Shown in pieces: positions 55,853 through 64,000 of a stretch of 64,000 nt of DNA (the first letter of the stretch is position 1; each line of letters begins with the position of its first letter). The notes under the pieces were generated by a model. That model had not been told where the DNA came from. It did no database searches and saw nothing but the letters and a program-made list of their open reading frames with translations. A program made the position numbers and the translations under genes. Origin of the DNA: Aneurinibacillus sp. (lineage in GTDB: Bacteria; Bacillota; UBA5301; DYFA01); NCBI GenBank assembly GCA_020725425.1, contig DYFA01000045.1:70924-134923 (forward strand), written 5' to 3'.

Positions 55853-55892
55853 GAGTTCTCTCCATCATTGGAATAGTATTCATGTTGGTCGA

Positions 55893-58800
55893 TCACCCGC
55901 ACTTCGAGTACCCGCAGCTGACGCAGACGACGCAGCCCGCCTCGTGGGTCAGCGTGCAGCCGCATTCAGGGCAGAGGTTCTTCTCGAGCGCGGCGTGGTA
56001 GCTGTCGCCGCTGGCCGCTACCTCCAGGGGCGCCCGGTGGGTCTCGCCGGTCGGCTCTTCGCAGCGGGGGTCGGCCCCGGGCGGCGGCTGCGGATCCGGC
56101 GCCAGCGGGATGGCGGTCGGCGCCTTCGGGACTCCGCCGCCGAAGGGGAGGCCGGGCTGGACGGCCCCGCCGGTCCGCTCGACGTACTTCTTGATCGCCT
56201 TGGCGATGGCGTCCGGGCAGGAGGTCACGTGAACCCCCGGGCGGCGCAGGCAGGCCGGGCAGCGGATGCCCCGCAACTGCTCGTAGATGGCGTCCACGGA
56301 GATCCCCGACCGCAGGGCGATCGAGATCAGGCGGCTGGTCGCTTCCGACTGGGAGGCGCATCCGCCCTCCCGGCCGGTGTTGGTGAAGACCTCGCAGACG
56401 CCGTACTCGTCGGCGTTGACGCTGACGTACAGGTTTCCGCAGCCGACCTGCACCTTCTCGGTGGTCCCGGCGGTCACCTGGGGCCGCGGGCGGGGCACGA
56501 TGGCCACGGGTGGGTGGACCGGACCCGAGCCGTCCACTTCCTTCGCCTTCGTCCCGGCGGTCAGCACCTGCTCCTCCCGGCTGCCGTCCCGGTAGACTGT
56601 CACCCCCTTACACCCCTTGGCGTACGCCAGGAGATACGCTTTGGCCACGTCCTCCCGGGTCGCCTCGTGGGGGAAGTTGATCGTCTTCGAGACGGCGTTG
56701 TCGGTGTACTTCTGGAACGCCGCTTGGATGGCGATGTGCCACTCCGGGGCGATCTGGTGCGCCGTGACGAAAAGCTGCCGGTAGCGCTCGGGCACCTCCT
56801 CGATGTCCTCGAGCGACCCCTTCTCGGCGATCCTCTCCATGAGCTGCGGGGTGTAGAACCCTTCCCGGCGGGCGATCTCCTCGAAGAGCGGGTTCACCTC
56901 GACCAGCCTCTGGTTGTCCAGGACGTTCCGGACGAAGCAGACCGCAAAGAGCGGCTCGATCCCCGAGGAGCAGCCGGCGATGATGCTGATCGTCCCCGTC
57001 GGGGCGATGGTGGTGGTGGTGGCGTTGCGGACTGGCCTGGCTCCGGGCTTGTCCAGGATACTCCCCTTGAAGTTGGGGAAGGGTCCCCGCTCTTCGGCCA
57101 AGTCCGCTGAGGCCTCCCAGGCCGTCTTCTGGATGAAGGACATGACCTCCTCGGCGATCTCGGCCGCCCGGTCGCTGTCGTAACGGACGCCGAGCTTGAT
57201 GAGCAGATCGGCGAAACCCATCACTCCGAGCCCGATCTTCCGGTTCGCCTTGACCATCTCGTCAATGATGGGCAGAGGGTACCGGCTGGCGTCGATCACG
57301 TCGTCCAGGAACCGCACCGCCAGCCTGACCACCTCGGCCAGTTTCTCGTAGTCGATCTCCGCCCGGTCCCCGACCTCCTCCACCATCTTGGCCAGGTTGA
57401 TCGAGCCGAGGTTACAGGCCTCGTAGGGCAGAAGGGGCTGCTCGCCGCAGTTGGAGACGACGATCCCGTTGGCGATGAAGGAGTGGGTCATTGGCTCGGT
57501 CAGGTCGAAGACCGGCTTCTCCCCGACGGGCACGACCGAGGCTACCCTGTCGGTGAAGCTGCGGGCGTAGAAGCCGCGCTTACGGCCACGGAGCTCGGCC
57601 ACCCGCTCAGCATACTTGTTGCCGAGGAACCCGATCTCGTCCAGGAACAGCTCTAGATCCTCCCGGCTCACCTGCAACTCGAAGAGGACCCCGTCACTCT
57701 CGTACCGCCGCTCCTCTCCGGCCACAGTCAGGTACCGGAAGGCCTGACGCGGGGTCCGGGATCGGTCATAGATCCGGCTCTTGACGCCTAGCGCCAGGAG
57801 GAGCCGCTGCACGTCCTGGAGCAGCAGGAGGGACTTGGCCGTCAGGCGGGCGTAGGCCGTCTGGTTCTTCCCGAGCGCCAGCGTCCCGTCGGCGGTGAAC
57901 AGGCCGCGCAAGAATCCGACCACCGCCTCTCGGGAAGCCGTGAAGAGGGCCTCCGGAACCCGCTTCTCCCGAGCCTCCCCAGGCACCACCCCGAGCTTCC
58001 GGAGGAACTCCACGAAGTAGCGGCTGTGGTAGGATAGGTGAAAGACCCCGTTCGCCCGCCGGATAGGCTTGACCTCGGTCCCGTACCACCGGTTGAGGAC
58101 CGGTGCCAGGCGCTCCATCGCCTCCCGGTCGTCGGCGGCGAAGGTGAACCCGACGCGGCAGTTCCGCTCGCCGTCCACGAGCCAGCCGTCGCCGACCAGC
58201 CATCCCAGCGCCTGCCCCAAGTCCTCGCTCCATTCGTGGGGGAAGGCATGGCGGTAGGTCCGCCCGTTCCGCCCCTGGACCTCCGCCTCCGGGACGAAGG
58301 GCAGGGCCGCCTTCTCCGGAAAACCGCTCTCGCCGGACTGGAGCAAGACGGAGTGGAAGCCCGGCTTAAGCTCACCCGCCCGGACCCAGCCCCGGGTTGT
58401 CATGATCTTGTGGTCCGGAGTGACTTCCAGGCTGTATCCGGCTTCGGTCGTCACCCGGACGACTGGCTTGACACCGCTGGCGAAGGCCCTTAGGACCGGA
58501 TGGAGCGTCACCCCGCCGGTGACCGCGCTGCTCCCGGCTGTACCGTTCTTGAGGCAGGTCAACGGAAGCACTCGGTCGTCCGTCGCCACGGCGACTTCTC
58601 TCCCGGCAGCTTCACGTACTAGCCGTTCCATGCGTATCAGCCCGTCGGCGGTGGAGACCAGAGCATCCCCGACTACGCACGGGTTGGTGCTCTCGATCTC
58701 CCCCACGGCCGGTGTCGGGTTGTCCCGGTTGATCCGGTCGAGGAAGATGATGCCCGGTTCCCCGTTCTTCCAGGCCCCCTCCACGATGAGGTCGAAGACC

Positions 58801-59495
58801 TCCCGGGCCCGGAGCTTCCGGACCACCCGGTTGTTGCGGGGGTTGACCAGCTCGTACTCCTCGTCTCTTTCCAGGGCCTCCATGAACTTGTCCGTGATCG
58901 CCACGGAGAGGTTGAAGTTGGTGAGGTCGCTGTTGTTCTCCTTGGCCGTGATGAACTCCAGGATGTCGGGGTGGTCCACCCGCAGGATGCCCATGTTGGC
59001 TCCCCGGCGCGTGCCCCCCTGTTTCACCGCGTCGGTGGCGGCGTTGAAAACCTTCATGAAGGAGATGGGCCCCGAGGCCACCCCGCCGGTCGTACGGACT
59101 TCGTCGTTCTTGGGCCGCAGGCGCGAGAAGCTGAACCCGGTTCCCCCGCCCGACTGATGGATCATGGCTGAGTACTTGATGGAGTCGAAGATCCCCGCCA
59201 TGGAGTCCTCGACGGGCAAGACGAAGCAGGCCGCCAGTTGCTGGAGGTCCCGCCCGGCGTTCATCAGGGTCGGCGAGTTGGGCATGAACTCAAGCCCGGT
59301 CATCAGGGCGTAGTAGCGGTCGGCCAGGGCCGCCACTTCCCCAGGGCTCTTGCCGTAGGCCGACTCGACCCCGGCGATGTTCTCCGCCACCCGGCGGAAC
59401 ATGTCCTCCGGGGCCTCGCAGGGTTTGCCGTCCTTCTTCTTCAGGTACCGCTTCTCGAGCACGCTCAGGGCGTTTCTCGAAAGGTTCAGACCCAT
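55893..59495 (-). CDS. nrdJ: Adenosylcobalamin-dependent class II ribonucleotide reductase, intein-containing precursor
   Basis: 'LEKRYLKK', 'FMPNSPTLMNAG', the catalytic 'NPC|GE' split by an insertion, and a C-terminal Cys-rich tail. 1200 aa, against about 790 aa without the insertion. Confidence 0.9.
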   Translation of the reverse strand: MGLNLSRNALSVLEKRYLKKKDGKPCEAPEDMFRRVAENIAGVESAYGKSPGEVAALADRYYALMTGLEFMPNSPTLMNAGRDLQQLAACFVLPVEDSMAGIFDSIKYSAMIHQSGGGTGFSFSRLRPKNDEVRTTGGVASGPISFMKVFNAATDAVKQGGTRRGANMGILRVDHPDILEFITAKENNSDLTNFNLSVAITDKFMEALERDEEYELVNPRNNRVVRKLRAREVFDLIVEGAWKNGEPGIIFLDRINRDNPTPAVGEIESTNPCVVGDALVSTADGLIRMERLVREAAGREVAVATDDRVLPLTCLKNGTAGSSAVTGGVTLHPVLRAFASGVKPVVRVTTEAGYSLEVTPDHKIMTTRGWVRAGELKPGFHSVLLQSGESGFPEKAALPFVPEAEVQGRNGRTYRHAFPHEWSEDLGQALGWLVGDGWLVDGERNCRVGFTFAADDREAMERLAPVLNRWYGTEVKPIRRANGVFHLSYHSRYFVEFLRKLGVVPGEAREKRVPEALFTASREAVVGFLRGLFTADGTLALGKNQTAYARLTAKSLLLLQDVQRLLLALGVKSRIYDRSRTPRQAFRYLTVAGEERRYESDGVLFELQVSREDLELFLDEIGFLGNKYAERVAELRGRKRGFYARSFTDRVASVVPVGEKPVFDLTEPMTHSFIANGIVVSNCGEQPLLPYEACNLGSINLAKMVEEVGDRAEIDYEKLAEVVRLAVRFLDDVIDASRYPLPIIDEMVKANRKIGLGVMGFADLLIKLGVRYDSDRAAEIAEEVMSFIQKTAWEASADLAEERGPFPNFKGSILDKPGARPVRNATTTTIAPTGTISIIAGCSSGIEPLFAVCFVRNVLDNQRLVEVNPLFEEIARREGFYTPQLMERIAEKGSLEDIEEVPERYRQLFVTAHQIAPEWHIAIQAAFQKYTDNAVSKTINFPHEATREDVAKAYLLAYAKGCKGVTVYRDGSREEQVLTAGTKAKEVDGSGPVHPPVAIVPRPRPQVTAGTTEKVQVGCGNLYVSVNADEYGVCEVFTNTGREGGCASQSEATSRLISIALRSGISVDAIYEQLRGIRCPACLRRPGVHVTSCPDAIAKAIKKYVERTGGAVQPGLPFGGGVPKAPTAIPLAPDPQPPPGADPRCEEPTGETHRAPLEVAASGDSYHAALEKNLCPECGCTLTHEAGCVVCVSCGYSKCG
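57450..58679 (-). mobile_element. Intein (410 aa) with LAGLIDADG homing-endonuclease domain inserted at the RNR thiyl-radical Cys site (coordinates +/-2 nt)
   Basis: Extein junctions: 'ESTNP|CVVGDALV...' (Cys1) and '...FIANGIVVSN|CGEQPLL' (terminal Asn, +1 Cys). LAGLIDADG motifs 'LGWLVGDGWLV' and 'VVGFLRGLFTADGTLA'. Confidence 0.8.
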
Positions 59496-59554
59496 CGCCG
59501 CTTTCCTCTCCCTCCGTGGACCCTACTGCGTCCAAGTACTATATCGCCCCATCC

Positions 59555-59602
59555 CACACTATATCTAGTGGGAACGCCGTGTTCATCATACTATATGTGG
59601 TG
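59555..59602. promoter_or_regulatory. Two tandem NrdR boxes (~32 bp centre-to-centre) upstream of nrdJ, plus a possible third half-site at ~59534-59549
   Basis: 'CACACTATATCTAGTG' and 'ATACTATATGTGGTGT' match the NrdR palindrome acaCwAtATaTwGtgt. They sit in the low-GC 5' leader of nrdJ. Confidence 0.6.
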
Positions 59603-59810
59603 TCCGCAGGTAAAACGGGAAAGCAGCGCTTTCTGTGCCGCCTGGCTGGTTCTTCGCCAACTGCGCCTCCTACAGGAGCGCGTTTGGGCGTTTGGCTTGT
59701 TTCCTTCCGGGCGCCCACCCTAGCTGCGGTTCAGTGTTTATCCCCTCCTTGTTCACACTCCCCTCTCCCTGGCCAAGCCGATGAGCAGAGGGCACCGGGA
59801 GTTATGCACA

Positions 59811-60752
59811 TTACCCACAGGTGCCTGTGGACAAACCGAAAGGTTGTTCGGTATTGGTACCGGCTTCCAGGCGCCTCTCCCACCGGCAGTACATCGCCAC
59901 GCGGCACTGCCCGGCGCAGAGGGCGGTCTGGCCCTGCCGGCACAACTGGTCCCCCTGGTGGAAGAGGGGCAGAGGGTCGCCGCCGAAGTAGCGCTCGATG
60001 GCCCGGAGGCAATCTCCCGTGGGGATATCCCGCAAGAAGGCGGCCTCCCGGCCGACGAAACCCAGCCGCCAGAGCGCCAGCTTGACCGGGGTATCCACCG
60101 CGATGCAGGCCTGAGGTTCGAGGTCGGGCCAGAGCCCGTGGCGGCGCATCTCCCGGCAGAGCCAGTAGGCCCGCGACTTGAGGTGGGGAAACTCGCGCAG
60201 CGCCTTCAAGGTCGCCTGCCAGGGCTGCCCCGGCTGGTGGACGTGGCGGAGATCCCCGCCGTACCGCTGGGTGACCCGTTCAGCCGCCGCGAACAGCGCC
60301 CCCGCCTTCTGCACCTTGTTGGCCAGGGCCCGGTAGTGCTCCTGGAGCACGGCCAGGACGGCCTGCTCGTCCTCCCGGTCCTGCGCCGCCAGGCGTTCCA
60401 GCCCGGTCAGCCCGCGCTCCCGCAGGGCGTTGAAGGTAGCGATGGCCGTCGCCTCCTGCACCTTGGCTCCGGCCAGAATGGCCAACAGCAGCAACCCGAA
60501 GCGGTCCTGCCGCTCCGTCAGATCCAGTTGAACCTCCTCGCGGCCCCGCCGGAGGATGAAGCGGGGCCCCTCGGTCCTCCACTCCCGCCAGGCCTCGCGC
60601 AAGGCCCGGGCGGCCGCCTCCAGCGACGGTTCCGCTCCCCGCGTCACCCGACGCCACATAAAACAGCCAGCTCCTTTCTGCTTCCCGGCTGGTGCCCGGC
60701 GGCCAAAAGTCGCTGGCGAAGTCATCGTACCATTTGCTGTAAGGAGAGTCAA
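59811..60752 (-). CDS. HhH-GPD superfamily (endonuclease III-like) protein with C-terminal [4Fe-4S]-type Cys cluster; start uncertain
   Basis: 'IAVDTPVKLALWRL' aligns with the EndoIII 'IAVDTHIFRV' catalytic Asp region. C-terminal 'C-x6-C-x3-C-x5-C' is near the EndoIII C-x6-C-x2-C-x5-C pattern. Confidence 0.4.
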   Translation of the reverse strand: MTLLTANGTMTSPATFGRRAPAGKQKGAGCFMWRRVTRGAEPSLEAAARALREAWREWRTEGPRFILRRGREEVQLDLTERQDRFGLLLLAILAGAKVQEATAIATFNALRERGLTGLERLAAQDREDEQAVLAVLQEHYRALANKVQKAGALFAAAERVTQRYGGDLRHVHQPGQPWQATLKALREFPHLKSRAYWLCREMRRHGLWPDLEPQACIAVDTPVKLALWRLGFVGREAAFLRDIPTGDCLRAIERYFGGDPLPLFHQGDQLCRQGQTALCAGQCRVAMYCRWERRLEAGTNTEQPFGLSTGTCG

Positions 60753-60780
60753 GAGGTGGAGGGAATCCCGCCGGTTCCGG

Positions 60781-62247
60781 TCAACCCGCCACTCCGGTCA
60801 GCCAGGCCAGGGCCGCGGCCAGGAGGGCGCCGGCCAGAGTGCCGGCCAGATTGACCAGGTCGTTGTCGACCCACGGCTTGCCCCGCCGCAAGAGCGTCGC
60901 TGTCCCGCACCCGTGGCGGGGGGTTTCGGCGGCCACGGCACAGACGGGGCAGTAATAGCCGGCCTGCAGCGTCGCCCCGAGCAGGCTGTCCACCAGGGCG
61001 CCCCCGAAGCCGCCCACCCACGGAGCAGCCACCCGCCAGGCCGTCGCCGGCCCCGGTGGCCCCACGAGGAGGGCGCCGACCAGGGAGATGAGCAACGCCC
61101 CGGCGGCGGACGCCCAGAGGCCCAGCGCAGTCACCCCGCCGGAGGTCCCCGGGGGGCACTGCACTCCCCCCAGGATGAGCCGGGGGGGCTTGGCGGACAG
61201 GACGCCCACCTCCGTCGCCCACGTGTCCGCCGCGGCTTCCGCCACCGCGCCGAGGTGCGCCAGGAAAAGCAACCCGGCCCGGTCGGGGAAGAACAGGCTG
61301 AGCGCTGCCGCCACCGCCGCCACCAGCCCGTTGGCCAGCACCTGGCCGGCGTCCCGCGCCCCCTCCTTGCCCTTGACCGCCCGGACCGCCTCCTTCGCCC
61401 CCGCCTTCCACCGCGAGAGGGCGCTGCTGGTGAGGAAGAAGACCACCAGGGGGATCGCCCAGCCCCACCCGCCGAAGGCCAGGACGAACGTGCCGATGCC
61501 AGCCGCGGCCGCCGCCCCGTCCGGACTCAGCGCCCGCCACCGGAGACCCAGCACCGCCAGAGCCCCGGAGAGGGCCACCCCCCAGAGCAGGCGCACCAGG
61601 AGCGGGCTGGCCGCGCCGGTGTGCGAGAGCAGAAAAAGCGACCCGGCCAGAGTGACCGGCACCGTGAAGTGGCCGAGGTCGGAGGGGGTCACGAGCCGAA
61701 CCAGGAGCCCCACCAGGCTGAGCAGGACAGCCAGCAGCACCCCTTGTCGGACCGGGAGTTCGGAGAGGTAGACCAGGGCCAAGAGAAGCGAGGCGAACCC
61801 CGTGACCAGGGCGAACAAGTCGCCCTCCAGGGTTCCCTGCCGGCCGAAGAGGCTGTACCGGCTCGACCCCCACAGCGCCTCGCCCACCTCGCCGCCGAGC
61901 ATCAGGCCCGTTCCGGCCAGAAGCCCCACGGCGGCGGCGTAGCGGTACTCGGGCGGCCAGAAGACCGGCAAGAGCAGGACGTAGGCGCCCAGGAACCAGA
62001 GCGTGGCCCGGGCGGCGGGCGCGGCGGCCCGTCTCGAGCGGCGGCCCACCCGGAAGAAGGCAAAGTAGAGGAGGAGCAGGAGCAGGAACGGCACCAGCGC
62101 CGCCGTCCACCAGCGGGAGAAGAAGGTGAGACTGGGCACGACGAACGCCGCCAGAAAAAGCCGGGGCAGGCTCCGCCCCAAGTTGCCCGGCCAGCGCAGA
62201 TGCCGCCGCAACTCCTCGGCGAACCACAGCGCCATGACGAAATACAC
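60781..62247 (-). CDS. Polytopic membrane protein with C-terminal DUF92/TMEM19-like domain
   Basis: 'LVDSLLGATLQAGYYC' resembles the DUF92 signature. At least ten TM helices. The alternative same-strand ORF 60749..62227 is judged non-coding. Confidence 0.55.
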   Translation of the reverse strand: MYFVMALWFAEELRRHLRWPGNLGRSLPRLFLAAFVVPSLTFFSRWWTAALVPFLLLLLLYFAFFRVGRRSRRAAAPAARATLWFLGAYVLLLPVFWPPEYRYAAAVGLLAGTGLMLGGEVGEALWGSSRYSLFGRQGTLEGDLFALVTGFASLLLALVYLSELPVRQGVLLAVLLSLVGLLVRLVTPSDLGHFTVPVTLAGSLFLLSHTGAASPLLVRLLWGVALSGALAVLGLRWRALSPDGAAAAAGIGTFVLAFGGWGWAIPLVVFFLTSSALSRWKAGAKEAVRAVKGKEGARDAGQVLANGLVAAVAAALSLFFPDRAGLLFLAHLGAVAEAAADTWATEVGVLSAKPPRLILGGVQCPPGTSGGVTALGLWASAAGALLISLVGALLVGPPGPATAWRVAAPWVGGFGGALVDSLLGATLQAGYYCPVCAVAAETPRHGCGTATLLRRGKPWVDNDLVNLAGTLAGALLAAALAWLTGVAG

Positions 62248-62289
62248 CAGGTTGACGACGATCGCCCAGAGGTCATTGGGCCAGATGGG

Positions 62290-63006
62290 TCATTCCTCCC
62301 CTGCGCCGCTCCGTTCCAGGTCCTTCCCCAGCGCCTGCCGGAGAAACACCTCCATTTCGGTAAATCCCTTCAACGGGGTGCAGGCGATTCCCTCCGCCCG
62401 GCAGAAGCCGAGCAGGTACCCCCGGGCGAAGACGGCGTCGGCCCGGCGGGCGGCGCAGCGGTCGGTCCGGCCATCACCGGCGTAGAGCACCCGGTATCCC
62501 TGCCGGTGGAACGCGTCCACCCACTCCCGCTTGCAGTTGCCGCACAACCCGCAGCCCCCCGGCGGTTCGACGAACGCCAGGCGGACGCCGGAGGCGGTGT
62601 AGGAGGCGTTGTTGGCCGCCACCGGCAGCCTGTCCAGGCCGGCGTCGGCCAGGAGCAGCTCGATGTAGAAGCGCTGCCCGTCGCTGACCACCTGCAGTGG
62701 GACACCGTGATCCAGGCAGAACCGGGCGAAGGCGGGGAAGGTGGGGTCAAGCCGGACGCGCTTCCGGACGAAGGCGGCCACTTCCTCCGCCGGCAACCGG
62801 AAACCCTCGTAGATCAGGGGGTAGGCGGCCCGGGAACCCAACCCCCCGGCGTAGACCTCATCTTCCACAGCGGCCCAGTCGGGGCGCCCGAAAGCGTCCA
62901 AGAGCAATACCTGGGCGTCTTGGATGGTGACCGTTCCGTCCCAGTCCAACAGGCAAGCCCAACGTTCCCGGCCTGCCGGCGTCGCCCCGCCGCCCGTCCC
63001 CCTCAC
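62290..63006 (-). CDS. HAD-IB family phosphatase (MtnX-like)
   Basis: Motif I 'DWDGT'. 'SDGQ', 'GGCGLCGNCK' and 'AGDGRTD' are the type of motifs seen in MtnX-type HAD phosphatases. Confidence 0.55.
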   Translation of the reverse strand: MRGTGGGATPAGRERWACLLDWDGTVTIQDAQVLLLDAFGRPDWAAVEDEVYAGGLGSRAAYPLIYEGFRLPAEEVAAFVRKRVRLDPTFPAFARFCLDHGVPLQVVSDGQRFYIELLLADAGLDRLPVAANNASYTASGVRLAFVEPPGGCGLCGNCKREWVDAFHRQGYRVLYAGDGRTDRCAARRADAVFARGYLLGFCRAEGIACTPLKGFTEMEVFLRQALGKDLERSGAGEE

Positions 63007-63815
63007 CGGTCCAACCCCAACATCCGCCGGGCGTTGGCGGTGGTGGCCTCCGCCACCTCCGCCAGGGCCAGGCCCCGCACGCCCGCCAGCGCCTCCGCCA
63101 CCCGGACGACGTAGGCCGGTTCATTGCGCTTCCCCCGGTAGGGCGCCGGCGCCAGGTAAGGGCAGTCGGTCTCGATCACCAGCGCCGACAGGGGAACCGC
63201 CTCCGCCACCTCGACCACCCGGCGGGCGTTGGCGAAGGTGAGCGGCCCCCCGACGCCGAGCAGCAGCCCCAGGCCAAGAAAGTCCGCCGCCATCTCCCGG
63301 CTCCCGGAGTAGCAGTGCATGACCCCCTGCACCGTTCCCGTCCCCCGCCGCTCCGCCTCCTGGCGCAGCGCCGCCAGGGTGTCGGCATGGGCCTCCCGGT
63401 CGTGGACCAACACCGGCAGGCCCAATTCGCCCGCCAGGGCCAACTGTTCCGCAAAGAGACGCCGCTGCGTGTCACGGGGTGAGAAGTCGTAGTGGTAGTC
63501 GAGGCCGATCTCCCCGAGGGCGACCACCCCCGGCCGGCGCGCCAAGTCCCGCAGCCGCTCCAGGTAATCGGCCGGCGCCCTGGCGGCGTCGTGGGGGTGG
63601 ATCCCCACCGCGGCGTAGAGCCCCTGCCCCGGGTCGGCCATCGCCGCCGCCTCCGCCGAGGAAGCCAGGTCCCACCCGGCGTTGAGGATATACCTCACTC
63701 CGGCGGCCCGGGCCCGCTTCAGGACTTCCTCCCGGTCGGCGGCGAAGTCGGCGTGGGCGAGGTGGGCGTGGGTGTCGAAGAGGACGGCAGCACTGTGCCC
63801 CGCGTCAGGCGTCAA
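63003..63815 (-). CDS. tatD: TatD-family metal-dependent hydrolase/DNase
   Basis: 'LFDTHAHL...', with His and Asp metal ligands and a TIM barrel. TTG start. Confidence 0.85.
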   Translation of the reverse strand: MTPDAGHSAAVLFDTHAHLAHADFAADREEVLKRARAAGVRYILNAGWDLASSAEAAAMADPGQGLYAAVGIHPHDAARAPADYLERLRDLARRPGVVALGEIGLDYHYDFSPRDTQRRLFAEQLALAGELGLPVLVHDREAHADTLAALRQEAERRGTGTVQGVMHCYSGSREMAADFLGLGLLLGVGGPLTFANARRVVEVAEAVPLSALVIETDCPYLAPAPYRGKRNEPAYVVRVAEALAGVRGLALAEVAEATTANARRMLGLDR

Positions 63816-63819
63816 GGGT

Positions 63820-64000
63820 CACTTCACCCGGCTTCCCGGGGGCACCGGCCGTTCCGCCGTCACGAGGCTCAGCACGGCGTGGTCGGGGGTCGAGGCGGCG
63901 AGGAGCATCCCCTGGGAAACCTCCCCCCGCAGCTTGGCCGGTTTGAGATTGGCCACGACCACGATCTCCTTGCCCACCAGCTCCTCCGGGGTGTAGTGGA
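63820..64000 (-). CDS. metG: Methionyl-tRNA synthetase, C-terminal tRNA-binding domain (gene continues beyond window end)
   Basis: Reverse translation '...[30 protein letters not shown]...PGSRVK*' is an EMAP/Trbp111-like domain. metG precedes tatD in many Firmicutes. Confidence 0.7.

Noticed and set aside
60556-63114. 852-aa plus-strand ORF spanning four minus-strand genes
   Set aside because: Arg/Pro/Gly-rich low-complexity translation, antisense to well-supported genes (DUF92, HAD, tatD). Typical high-GC artefact.
1-64000. CRISPR arrays, rRNA/tRNA genes, transposases/IS elements
   Set aside because: No regularly spaced direct repeats, no tRNA-like cloverleaf candidates, and no transposase-like ORFs were found on visual inspection. 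The only mobile element recognised is the intein.

Overview
The window is about 68-70% GC and densely packed with genes on both strands. Many of the six-frame ORFs listed are antisense artefacts of the high GC content. Gene order and content resemble an endospore-forming, Firmicute-like genome: an rpsF-ssb-rpsR...rplI-lon block, DUF951, tandem DUF421 proteins, and LysM or SipL-like proteins. The window also carries diderm-type features: a secretin, a type II secretion / type IV pilus-like operon, and a beta-barrel-like protein ending in Phe. Calling this a Symbiobacterium- or Limnochordia-like organism is an inference.

Main contents, in order:
- PEPCK-GTP, partial at the window start.
- A lipoprotein followed by an OMP-like protein.
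- A T2SS/T4P-like cluster: a secretin gene on the + strand, converging with gspE-F-G-I-J-K plus a fused PilM/N/O/P-like platform protein.
- Tandem DUF421 proteins, a TPR protein, and LysM/sporulation-coat-like proteins.
- A Lon-like protease, rplI, a YybS-like protein, a possible MazG-like protein, rpsR, ssb and rpsF.
- A DeoR(AgaR)/SIS(AgaS)-controlled amino-sugar/tagatose-branch locus. It has two PfkB kinases, a class II aldolase, a ribose-type ABC transporter, an M20 deacylase and a YhfX-like PLP enzyme.
- A class II Fic protein with a textbook sigma-70 promoter.
- A roughly 12 kb, gap-free one-carbon operon: tandem glycine riboswitch, then gcvT-gcvH-gcvPA-gcvPB, then a pair of radical-SAM proteins (LipS1/LipS2-like) with one fused to a lipoate ligase domain, then a GNAT, metH, metF, mscS and DUF951.
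- An alpha/beta hydrolase.
- A low-GC island carrying a KAP-family P-loop NTPase, immediately downstream of nrdJ.
- An adenosylcobalamin class II ribonucleotide reductase interrupted by a 410-aa LAGLIDADG intein at the catalytic NPC|GE motif, with tandem NrdR boxes upstream.
- An EndoIII-like HhH-GPD FeS protein, a DUF92 membrane protein, an MtnX-like HAD phosphatase, tatD, and the 3' end of metG.
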